Source of the DNA: Nicoliella spurrieriana
GTDB lineage: Bacteria > Bacillota > Bacilli > Lactobacillales > Lactobacillaceae
NCBI RefSeq assembly: GCF_023380205.1
Contig: NZ_CP093361.1
Span: 1,298,172-1,330,171 of the forward strand
DNA: 32,000 nucleotides
Reading direction: 5' to 3'
Shown here: one piece after another, positions 16,618 through 24,631 of the stretch
Layout of the letters: each line of letters opens with the position of its first letter
Numbering within the stretch: position 1 is the stretch's first letter
Notes under the pieces: model-generated
Databases searched by the model: none
The model's input: only the letters and a program-made list of their open reading frames with translations
What the model was told of the DNA's origin: nothing
Made by a program: the position numbers and the translations under genes

Positions 16618-16980
16618 CTAATCATTTAAAACTTGAACCCCTTGGACTACAACGTTAACGGTGTTGGCAGTGATGCCAAGCATGGTTTCTAGATTATACT
16701 TCACCTTAGATTGAACGTTTCGGCAAACTTCCGAAATTTTAGTCCCATAACTAACGATGATGTTTACTTCGATTGCAATCCCGCTGTTTTCTTGTCTGAC
16801 TACTACTCCCTTAGAGTAGTTATCATTTTTTAAAATACTATTTACATTATCACGGAGCTGGTTTTTGCTAGCCATGCCCACAACCCCGTAGTTATCAGTA
16901 GTCGCACTTCCAACAACGGAAGAAATGACATCACTACTAATGTCAACGACTCCATACTTTGTCTTAATTTTAACGGCCAA
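16618..16980 (-). CDS. Asp23/Gls24 family envelope stress protein (YloU-like)
   Basis: A 120-aa protein with an Asp23-like sequence (YGVVGMAS...GIAIEVNIIVSYG). The TTG start at 16978-16980 lies 8 nt after AAGGAGG. Confidence 0.9.
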   Translation of the reverse strand: MAVKIKTKYGVVDISSDVISSVVGSATTDNYGVVGMASKNQLRDNVNSILKNDNYSKGVVVRQENSGIAIEVNIIVSYGTKISEVCRNVQSKVKYNLETMLGITANTVNVVVQGVQVLND

Positions 16981-17116
16981 TGTAATAGCCTCCTTAAAAG
17001 ATTCGAATCTATTATCTTATAATTATTAATGTTACCACAAGAATCGCAAAATCCAAAGAGTTGGTAATCAATTTAATTGAATATGCTGTCAAGTAAATAT
17101 ACTTGAAAGAAAACTA

Positions 17117-17145
17117 TTGCAAAGCTGCTCATAATATGCTAAATT
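17117..17145 (+). promoter_or_regulatory. Candidate sigma-A promoter for rpmB
   Basis: -35 TTGCAA (17117-17122), a 17-nt spacer, and -10 TAAATT (17140-17145) preceded by TGC (extended -10). It lies about 50 nt upstream of the rpmB ATG. Confidence 0.45.
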
Positions 17146-17195
17146 ATTGTAGTGGATTAAAACATTTATAAAAATAAATACAAGGAGGCATTCTC

Positions 17196-17381
17196 ATGGC
17201 TAAAGACTTTATCAGCGGTAAGAGAACCCATTTTGGTAACAAGCGTTCTCACGCCTTGAACTCTTCACGTCGTAGCTGGAAGCCAAACTTACAAAAAGTT
17301 CGGATTTTAGTTGATGGCAAACCTAAGAAAGTTTGGGTTAGTGCCCGGACCTTAAAATCAGGTAAGGTTACCCGCGTTTAA
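17196..17381 (+). CDS. rpmB: 50S ribosomal protein L28
   Basis: A 61-aa basic protein, [42 protein letters not shown] lies 7 nt upstream. It is the only + strand gene in the window. Confidence 0.95.
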   Translation: MAKDFISGKRTHFGNKRSHALNSSRRSWKPNLQKVRILVDGKPKKVWVSARTLKSGKVTRV

Positions 17382-17391
17382 TCATAATTAT

Positions 17392-17423
17392 AAAAAAAGA
17401 CCAGCGAATGCTGGTCTTTTTTT
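17392..17423. terminator. Bidirectional rho-independent terminator between convergent rpmB and thiN
   Basis: aaaaaaaGACCAGCgaatGCTGGTCttttttt: a perfect 7-bp GC-rich stem flanked by A7 and T7. It can terminate both strands, and its T tract overlaps the thiN stop codon (17422-17424). Confidence 0.8.
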
Positions 17424-18069
17424 ATTGGTCGCAACTTTGAATTACCGCGATGACGCCTTGGTCGAATGTAAAGTGCCCCGTCTCACCAACAAACTCGTTA
17501 CTAGCTAGTGAAACTGGATTTTGAATGGGGTATTGATTTAACTGGTACCGTTCATCAGCTAAGGTTAGCGTCATTTTAGTTAACGGAACAAAGGCTAAGT
17601 ATCGTTTACCAGGTTCCTTTTTAATCTCATGGGTTCCAGGTAAAAAATAACTAATGGTATTTTGAGCATCGATCAATCTGATTCGTTGTGCGAACGGTCG
17701 AAAGCGCATTTCTAACACCATGAAAAAATTGGCTAAGAAATGATCCAGCCGGCCCCCGGTCACCCCATAAATATCGATTGAATCAGCCGCAAAGCGTTGC
17801 AATGCCACCTTCAATCCCAATTGGGTATCGGTATCGTCTTTTTCCGGGTTAGATTGGTGAATCTCGCTTACGTGTTGTTTTACGAGTGCCAATTCTGCTG
17901 AATTCATTGAATCGAAATCACCAATTGCATAAATCGGATCGATCCCCAACTTGATCAAACGCAGGGTTCCGCGGTCAACTCCGATCCAATCACCATCAAC
18001 CTGATGCTCCTTAAGCGCCTTAGGCCAGTTAGCTACTGGGCCGCCACCAAGTAGGTTTAGATGCGTCAT
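17422..18069 (-). CDS. thiN: Thiamine pyrophosphokinase
   Basis: A 215-aa protein, YloS-like, with GGGP...GVDRG...GDFDS and GGRLDH motifs. Its ATG overlaps the rpe stop by 1 nt (TAATG). Confidence 0.85.
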   Translation of the reverse strand: MTHLNLLGGGPVANWPKALKEHQVDGDWIGVDRGTLRLIKLGIDPIYAIGDFDSMNSAELALVKQHVSEIHQSNPEKDDTDTQLGLKVALQRFAADSIDIYGVTGGRLDHFLANFFMVLEMRFRPFAQRIRLIDAQNTISYFLPGTHEIKKEPGKRYLAFVPLTKMTLTLADERYQLNQYPIQNPVSLASNEFVGETGHFTFDQGVIAVIQSCDQ

Positions 18070-18722
18070 TATTTAGTCGCATCCTTAATTGCTTGCACTT
18101 TACTTGCAGGATCATCGGCACCGAATACATATGAACCAGCAACAGCAACGGTAGCACCAGCTTCGTAAGCACCCTTAACGGTATGGTCATTGACCCCACC
18201 ATCAATTTCGATATCAAAATCATAACCTGCTTGCTTTTTAATTTCATTTAGTTGCTTAATCTTCTTGACCGTTTCAGGAATGAACTTTTGACCACCAAAA
18301 CCTGGGTTAACGGTCATTACTAATACTTGATCGACCATGTACAATACCGGTTTGATTGCCTCTACTGGCGTTCCTGGATTAATTACGACTTCAGCCTTAA
18401 TGTCGCGGTTCTTAATCATTTGAAGGGCCCGGTGAATGTGGGGCGTTGATTCAACATGAATCCCAATTAGATCGGCACCAGCATCCGCAAAGGTGTCAAT
18501 GTAGCGTTCTGGATTTTGAACCATCATATGCACATCTAAAATCATTTTTGAAATGGGTCTAATTGCCTTAACCCAGTTTGGGCCATATGAGATGGCAGGC
18601 ACGAACATGCCGTCCATAATATCAATATGGAGGTATTCAGCGCCCCCCTTTTCAACCTTTTCAATGTCACGTTGTAAGTTAACATAATCTGCACTTAAAA
18701 TGGATGGAGCAACTTTAATCAT
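18069..18722 (-). CDS. rpe: Ribulose-phosphate 3-epimerase
   Basis: MIKVAPSILSADY...HIDIMDGMFVP...VNPGFGGQKF are classic Rpe motifs. The ORF-track ATG at 18728 sits only 2 nt from GAGG, so the ATG at 18720-18722 fits the SD and the usual N-terminus. Confidence 0.95.
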   Translation of the reverse strand: MIKVAPSILSADYVNLQRDIEKVEKGGAEYLHIDIMDGMFVPAISYGPNWVKAIRPISKMILDVHMMVQNPERYIDTFADAGADLIGIHVESTPHIHRALQMIKNRDIKAEVVINPGTPVEAIKPVLYMVDQVLVMTVNPGFGGQKFIPETVKKIKQLNEIKKQAGYDFDIEIDGGVNDHTVKGAYEAGATVAVAGSYVFGADDPASKVQAIKDATK

Positions 18723-18732
18723 TTTCATTTCC

Positions 18733-19614
18733 TCATTTCTTTTTATTATAAATTGGCTTCCGATTTTTGATCATCTCAACCAGTTGTAAGTAATCATCAT
18801 AACGACTCTTTAAGATTTCACCATCATCGACCATTGCCTTAATTTTACAACCCGGTTCCTTAACGTGTAAACATTCACGGAACTTACACCCGGAAGCATT
18901 GCGAACAAACTCCGGAAAGTAATCCTTAACCTGACGGTAGTCAATCTCAAAAGTATCGTAAGAAGAAAACCCTGGTGTATCAGCAACTAGCCCGTCTGCA
19001 ATCGGAATTAAGGTGACCTTCCGGGTCGTATGCCGGCCCCGGTTTAACGCCTGTGATATCTCACCGGTCGCTAAATGGAGACTCGGCAATATTTTATTTA
19101 ACAGCGTTGATTTTCCAGCCCCAGTCTGGCCCATAAAAACGGTCACCCGGTTCGCAAAATAATCACGGAGCGGTTCGATTGGATCGTTATCACTTTGTTG
19201 ATCCGGACAAATCGTGACGTAGCCAATTTTTTGGTAGTCATTAGCAATTTGTCTAATCTTAGCAAAGCGTTCGGGAGTCAATAAATCGATTTTAGTAAAA
19301 TAAATAATCGGTTTGATCTTACTGATGCCAAGCGCTACTAATTGACGGTTCAATAGGTTCAAACTAAATTCAGCTTCCGTCGATGCAGTCACCACCACCG
19401 CTTGATCAATATTGGATAATGGTGGCCGAACCAATGCATTTTTCCTTGAATCCACCTTTAAAATATAGTCATTTTCAAACTCTACAATATCACCAACGAT
19501 GGGCTTAATCCCGTGCTTTCTAAAATTTCCACGAGCACGAGTCCGATATGTCTTACCGTCAGCGTGCACATCAAAAAAGCCACTTAGTGATTGATAAATT
19601 CTTCCAGTTGGCAA
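18733..19614 (-). CDS. rsgA: Ribosome small-subunit-dependent GTPase RsgA (YloQ/CpgA)
   Basis: Shows the circularly permuted GTPase motifs (TKIDL, GQTGAGKST) and the Zn-finger CKFRECLHVKEPGC. The TTG at 19612-19614 follows AAGGGGTGGTGAA and gives the usual N-terminus (PTGRIYQSLSGFF). The alternative ATG at 19666-19668 overlaps the pknB stop (TAATG). Confidence 0.9.
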   Translation of the reverse strand: MPTGRIYQSLSGFFDVHADGKTYRTRARGNFRKHGIKPIVGDIVEFENDYILKVDSRKNALVRPPLSNIDQAVVVTASTEAEFSLNLLNRQLVALGISKIKPIIYFTKIDLLTPERFAKIRQIANDYQKIGYVTICPDQQSDNDPIEPLRDYFANRVTVFMGQTGAGKSTLLNKILPSLHLATGEISQALNRGRHTTRKVTLIPIADGLVADTPGFSSYDTFEIDYRQVKDYFPEFVRNASGCKFRECLHVKEPGCKIKAMVDDGEILKSRYDDYLQLVEMIKNRKPIYNKKK

Positions 19615-19667
19615 TTCACCACCCCTTTTATTAATAATTATACTAAACTTTGGCACGTTAAAGAACA

Positions 19668-21578
19668 TTAATTAATATTTTTAACGTAGTTAATCGTCTT
19701 CCCATCCCGTACAATTTTATATTCTCCAGGTGTCTTACCATCCAATTTAAATGGAATAATGAATTTGGTATTTTGATAGATGGTAATTCGGCGGTACAAA
19801 TGACTCAAAGAATTATTAGCATCCTTAACGTAAATATCAATTTCATTTGACTGGTGATCATCAGATTGATACGGTAAATTAACGTTCACGTTCAACGTAT
19901 GCGGCCCATTTTGACTTCCAGATGTCTTGGCACCCTTTGAGACCGAGATAATTACATTATCGCCATTAAACACGGTTAATCCAGAATCTGGATTTTGGTT
20001 AAACACCATGCCAGCTGGATATTCATCGTTATATTGATAATCAAACGTTGGGTTCAACCCCATCATTTGAACGTAACTAGCGGCTTCGTCCTTAGTCATC
20101 CCCACTAATCGTTTCAATGTAAATTGTTTAATCCCATCTGAGACTACAAACTTAATCTTTTTATTATGGGGGCTATACGAATTTCCAGGAATGAAATTTT
20201 GTTTTAGGATTTTACCACTACCAAACGTATCCGAACTAGCAAGTTGTTTTTCAATTTTAAACCCACGGTCACTTAGTTCTTTGGCAGTCTGCTCAAAATC
20301 CTGGCCAATATAATTATCCAAACTAATTTTATCAACCCCATTACTTAACACTAGCGTAACGGGATTACTCCGTAAGACCCAACGATTGGTTTGGGGGATT
20401 GATGAAAATGCATGTCCAATTGGAACGTTATTAGCATACCGATATTGAATGGATTTCACTTTCAAACCAGCTGAATGCAAGCGTTGAATCGCCTGTTGCT
20501 TAGACAACCCCGTTAACGACGGCACCTGGGCAAAATAGAAATGGATCACTAATCCAAACGTCACCAATATAATTCCAACTACGCCGACCCAAGTGCTCCA
20601 AAATAATCGAGCGGGATGGTGGATGCCCCGTTTTGATGGCGCACTCGTAGTGGTCCCGCTTGCCGTATTGTCAAGGGCATTCAACTCGTTAAAATTCATG
20701 ATTTTAGTCTCATCTTCATCATCGAAGCCCATCTTGGGGACGAAGCGTTGCACGTGCTTTAAATTAAGCGCCTGATTTAATGCGGTTTGCATCTCAGCAA
20801 TCGATGCGAACCGATCATTTGGATTCTTAGCAGTTGCCCTGAGGACTACGTTTTCAACCGCTAATGGAATTGCCTGATTAGTCGCATTAATGGGTGGTAA
20901 CGGTGACTTAGAATGTTTTAAGGCAATTGAAACCGGATTATCACCATCGAAGGGGACCTTACCCGTCAAGAGTTCATACATAATGATTCCTAGTGAATAA
21001 ATATCCGAACGTTTCGTTGCCCCCTCACCACGAACTTGTTCCGGTGAAAGGTAGTGAATGGAACCAATAATTGAATGCGTTTGGGTCAACGTCCGTTCAG
21101 TGGTAAAAATGGCAATGCCAAAATCAGTGATTTTAACGTTCTCATTTTCATCAATTAAAACGTTTTCTGGTTTTAAGTCCCGATGAACGATGTTATTTTG
21201 ATGGGCTACATTTACTGCTAATAGAATCTGATTCATTATTTTTAAAACATTTGACACCGCAATGGGAGAATAATTATGAATGTAATTCTTGAGGTTCATT
21301 CCCCGAACGTATTCCATGATGGAGTACTGCACCCCATCGGTTTCTTCAAACCCATACACCTTAACAATGTTAGCGCTGCTCAACTGACTGATTGCCAACG
21401 CCTCACGTCTGAATTGGGCTTTTATTTTGGGATCATCCCTAAAATCAACCCGTAAGAATTTAACGGCAACGAGGCGGTTCGTCTTAATATCCTTGGCAAG
21501 GTAAACATCAGACATTCCACCCTGGCCAATTTGTTCAATCAATCGATAACGATGATTTAATAGCCGCCCACTAACCAT
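19668..21578 (-). CDS. pknB: Ser/Thr protein kinase PknB/PrkC with PASTA repeats
   Basis: Kinase motifs GQGGMSDVY, VAVK, HRDLKPEN and DFG, followed by one TM segment (WVGVVGIILVTFGLVIHFYF) and extracellular PASTA-like repeats. The ATG at 21576-21578 follows AAGGAG at 9 nt and overlaps the stp stop by 8 nt. Confidence 0.93.
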   Translation of the reverse strand: MVSGRLLNHRYRLIEQIGQGGMSDVYLAKDIKTNRLVAVKFLRVDFRDDPKIKAQFRREALAISQLSSANIVKVYGFEETDGVQYSIMEYVRGMNLKNYIHNYSPIAVSNVLKIMNQILLAVNVAHQNNIVHRDLKPENVLIDENENVKITDFGIAIFTTERTLTQTHSIIGSIHYLSPEQVRGEGATKRSDIYSLGIIMYELLTGKVPFDGDNPVSIALKHSKSPLPPINATNQAIPLAVENVVLRATAKNPNDRFASIAEMQTALNQALNLKHVQRFVPKMGFDDEDETKIMNFNELNALDNTASGTTTSAPSKRGIHHPARLFWSTWVGVVGIILVTFGLVIHFYFAQVPSLTGLSKQQAIQRLHSAGLKVKSIQYRYANNVPIGHAFSSIPQTNRWVLRSNPVTLVLSNGVDKISLDNYIGQDFEQTAKELSDRGFKIEKQLASSDTFGSGKILKQNFIPGNSYSPHNKKIKFVVSDGIKQFTLKRLVGMTKDEAASYVQMMGLNPTFDYQYNDEYPAGMVFNQNPDSGLTVFNGDNVIISVSKGAKTSGSQNGPHTLNVNVNLPYQSDDHQSNEIDIYVKDANNSLSHLYRRITIYQNTKFIIPFKLDGKTPGEYKIVRDGKTINYVKNIN

Positions 21579-22332
21579 GATTATCAACTCCTTGATCAGC
21601 CCGTGTCTCAATGATCAAAACCGTAATGTTATCAGAACCACCGTTTTGATTAGCCATTTCGGTTAGTTTTTCACACTTTTCAGCAATTGATCGATTGGAC
21701 TGCAACACCAACTTAATCACTGATTCAGATACTAAATCGGTCAATCCATCACTACAAAGTAAAAACTGATCACCAATTAAAATCCGGCCATCAGAAATCG
21801 TAGGCTCAGCATTGCTAGAAATACCCAGGCTACGAACAATCACATTTTTATATGGATAGGTCGCAGCGGCCTGTTTAGAGATTTTACCAGCCTTTAGTAA
21901 CTCGTTGACGTAGGAATGATCTTCAGTTAATTGGGTGAGTTCGGTATTGCGAAATAAATACCCCCTACTATCCCCAATGTTACAGATTACATAGTTTCTT
22001 CCGGTGTTAATAAAGCCCACGAACGTGGTCCCCATGCCTTTTAAGTGTTGATCGTGCATTGAGATTGCCAGGATTTCTTGGTTTTCAAAATCAATTTGAT
22101 TTTGAAACCACTTGCTGGCATGCTTTACGGTTTGAATCTGTTGATTGGTAAAGCGCTTGCCAATCCCATCCACTGCCATTTTAGAAGCCACTTCTCCGGC
22201 CCGGTTCCCCCCGATACCATCTGCAACGATTGCCAATATATTATTTGATTGGTCGTAAAAAAAAGATGCGTTATCCTCGTTTTTGGGCCGAATCTTACCA
22301 ATTATCGATTTATAAGCCACTTTTAACTTCAT
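21571..22332 (-). CDS. stp: PP2C-family Ser/Thr phosphatase Stp/PrpC
   Basis: PP2C motifs NEDN, ADGIGG, GMGTT, CSDGL and GGSDNIT. The gene is paired with pknB. Confidence 0.93.
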   Translation of the reverse strand: MKLKVAYKSIIGKIRPKNEDNASFFYDQSNNILAIVADGIGGNRAGEVASKMAVDGIGKRFTNQQIQTVKHASKWFQNQIDFENQEILAISMHDQHLKGMGTTFVGFINTGRNYVICNIGDSRGYLFRNTELTQLTEDHSYVNELLKAGKISKQAAATYPYKNVIVRSLGISSNAEPTISDGRILIGDQFLLCSDGLTDLVSESVIKLVLQSNRSIAEKCEKLTEMANQNGGSDNITVLIIETRADQGVDNHG

Positions 22333-22336
22333 TCAA

Positions 22337-23674
22337 TTAATCACCTGTTTTTACTAAATTTGCAACAAAGAAGCCATCAGAATCAAAATCATCCGGATAG
22401 ATTCTAATTTCACCCGGATTGGACTGCACACTATTTAAGTCAATCGGCTTCCGTTCAAATTCGGGGTGCTCCACTAAAAATTGCTCTAAGACTGCGTGAT
22501 TTTCCTGGTCAATGATCGTACAGGTGCTATAAGTTAATTGACCGCCGACTTTTATTTTAGGAGCAATTGAATTTAAAATTGCCAATTGAATTTCAGCCAA
22601 GTGTTTAATATCTTGAATTGATTTTTCATACCTAATCTCCGGTTTCCGACGCATCAAGCCTAACCCCGAACACGGTGCATCAACTAAGACCTGGTCGAAT
22701 GTTTCATTTGCATAAATTGAATCTAATTTTCTAGCATCCAAGGCTTTAGTTTGTACATAATCATTCAAATGCATCCGCTTTGCATTTTTAACGACCTGCT
22801 TCAAACGACTCTCGTGGAGATCTAATGCAACCACCCGCCCACTTTTTTGACGGGCTAAGCGTTCCGCAATCTGGGTCGTTTTGCCACCAGGTGCTGAACA
22901 GGCATCCAAAATCAACTGATTGGCACCAATCGGCATGGTTTCCACCGGTAGCATCGCACTTTCATCTTGAATTGTCATCGCCCCAGTTTTAAATTCCGGT
23001 GCAGAATTAGCCGATCGGTTAGATAGGATCAATCCCGCTTCGGCTAGGCTACTATTGGTAACGTCAAATCCACTTGCATGCAATTGAGTGGCTAGGGCAT
23101 CCCTGGTCTCCATTGCCGTATTGACCCGCACTGATTGCTTAGCGGGTTGATTCAATGATGCTAAAATGCTAGTGGTCTTGGTCATCCCCACCTGTTCAAT
23201 TAGTTGCTCAATGATCCACTTAGGCACACTAAATTGAAGTTGCATCCGTTCCAACGGATCCTTAATCTGAGCTGGATCTAAGACACCATTACGGTCAATT
23301 TGGTGTAAGACGCCGGTAACCATTTTACGAATTCCATCGTGTCCCATCACCTTAGCAATGTTAATTGATTCGTTAAAGATTGCCCGTTTCGGAATGCGGT
23401 CTAAGTACTCCATTTGATACAAAGCGGTTTTTAATAGCACTAACACCCATGGTTGCAGCCGCTTTTGCTTTTTGATGAACGGAGCAATTTGATATTCCAA
23501 CGTTAATTTGTGTTGAATGACTCCATAGACAATGTTGGTCAAGAGTTTTACATCCCGTTCATCAAGGGTACTATTTTGAATGATTTGATTTAATTGTAAA
23601 CTGGAATATGCTCCCTGTTCGATCTTGGTTAAGGTGGCAACTGCTAACTGCCTTGGATTATCTTTTTTAGTCAT
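22337..23674 (-). CDS. rsmB: 16S rRNA (cytosine967-C5)-methyltransferase RsmB (Sun)
   Basis: Has a NusB-like N-domain and SAM-MTase motifs DACSAPGGKT, DAPCSG and TCT. The ATG at 23672-23674 (MTKKDNPRQLAV...) overlaps the fmt stop by 8 nt. The ORF-track start at 23719 would overlap fmt by 53 nt. Confidence 0.9.
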   Translation of the reverse strand: MTKKDNPRQLAVATLTKIEQGAYSSLQLNQIIQNSTLDERDVKLLTNIVYGVIQHKLTLEYQIAPFIKKQKRLQPWVLVLLKTALYQMEYLDRIPKRAIFNESINIAKVMGHDGIRKMVTGVLHQIDRNGVLDPAQIKDPLERMQLQFSVPKWIIEQLIEQVGMTKTTSILASLNQPAKQSVRVNTAMETRDALATQLHASGFDVTNSSLAEAGLILSNRSANSAPEFKTGAMTIQDESAMLPVETMPIGANQLILDACSAPGGKTTQIAERLARQKSGRVVALDLHESRLKQVVKNAKRMHLNDYVQTKALDARKLDSIYANETFDQVLVDAPCSGLGLMRRKPEIRYEKSIQDIKHLAEIQLAILNSIAPKIKVGGQLTYSTCTIIDQENHAVLEQFLVEHPEFERKPIDLNSVQSNPGEIRIYPDDFDSDGFFVANLVKTGD

Positions 23675-24617
23675 TACTAATAATTTGCTCCCCAACTTGA
23701 ATGCTTTGCCCTGCACCATTCAAGTAATCTTTAATTTGTTGCTTCGGTTTACCAGCTGGTTGAATGACATCTAGTTGTAACGTCGTCGAATCCCCAGCCG
23801 CAACCACAAGCTGCTTTTTAGTCTTAGCTACCACACAACCAGGTGCTAGGTCCGTGGTTTCAGATCGTGGCGTGGTTTGCCATACCTTCGTCCGCTTACC
23901 CTTGATGGTCGTAAATGCACTTGGGTCTGGACGTAATGCCCGGACCTTCGCATCCACTAAGCGGGCGGGTTGATTAAAATCAAGCCGTTCCTCGCTCCGC
24001 TTAATCGTTGGTGAAAAAACAACTTGCTTCGGATCTTGAGGGGTCCTAGTCGCAGTCCCATCAATCAACTTTGGAATCGTAGCCAATAGCATCTTACGAC
24101 CTAAACCGCTCAATTTCTTAAACATTGAAGCGGTGTCATCGTCTGCTTCAATTGGAATGGATGATTGTGCGATCACATCACCAGCATCCATTGCTTTGAC
24201 CATGTCCATGATTGAAATGCCGGTTTCAGCATCCCCATTCATAATGGCGTATTGGACCGGGGCCCCTCCCCGGTACTTTGGTAACAATGACCCATGCACA
24301 TTAATTGCAGCCACTTTCGCAGCCGCCAGTAGTTTTTCAGGTAGGAACTGTCCGAAGGCAGCAGTGATGATTAAATCCGGCTTTAAATTAATAATTCGTT
24401 CCATTTCATCACTGCCACTAATCTTTTCGGGCTGGAATACCGGAATGTTGAATTTAATTGCGGCCTGTTTAACTGGTGAGGCCGTTAAGACCCGCTTTCT
24501 CCCCACTGGTCGGTCGGGTTGGGTCACAACTGCCTTAACGGCATAGCCGTTTTCAACTAGTCCGGTTAGGATCGGTACGCTGAATTGGGGTGTTCCCATA
24601 AATACAATTGATGTCAT
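23667..24617 (-). CDS. fmt: Methionyl-tRNA formyltransferase
   Basis: IVFMGTPQFSVPIL...VVTQPDRP...INVHGSLLPKYRGGAP are the canonical Fmt motifs. Confidence 0.95.
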   Translation of the reverse strand: MTSIVFMGTPQFSVPILTGLVENGYAVKAVVTQPDRPVGRKRVLTASPVKQAAIKFNIPVFQPEKISGSDEMERIINLKPDLIITAAFGQFLPEKLLAAAKVAAINVHGSLLPKYRGGAPVQYAIMNGDAETGISIMDMVKAMDAGDVIAQSSIPIEADDDTASMFKKLSGLGRKMLLATIPKLIDGTATRTPQDPKQVVFSPTIKRSEERLDFNQPARLVDAKVRALRPDPSAFTTIKGKRTKVWQTTPRSETTDLAPGCVVAKTKKQLVVAAGDSTTLQLDVIQPAGKPKQQIKDYLNGAGQSIQVGEQIISND

Positions 24618-24631
24618 TTTAAATCTACTCC

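Noticed and set aside
16981-17195. The 215-nt divergent asp23/rpmB intergenic region as a riboswitch, sRNA or small-peptide locus
   Set aside because: The space is consumed by two divergent promoter regions and short leaders. The region is AT-rich with no extended conserved-looking stem-loops. The only ORF is a 7-codon ATG...TGA (around 17083-17106) with no SD.
18029-18247. Same-strand alternative-frame ORFs (18029-18247 within rpe/thiN, 6737-6925 within ftsY, 24844-25080 within priA)
   Set aside because: They are out of frame with conserved genes that fully explain the sequence. They have no independent initiation signals and no recognisable protein features.
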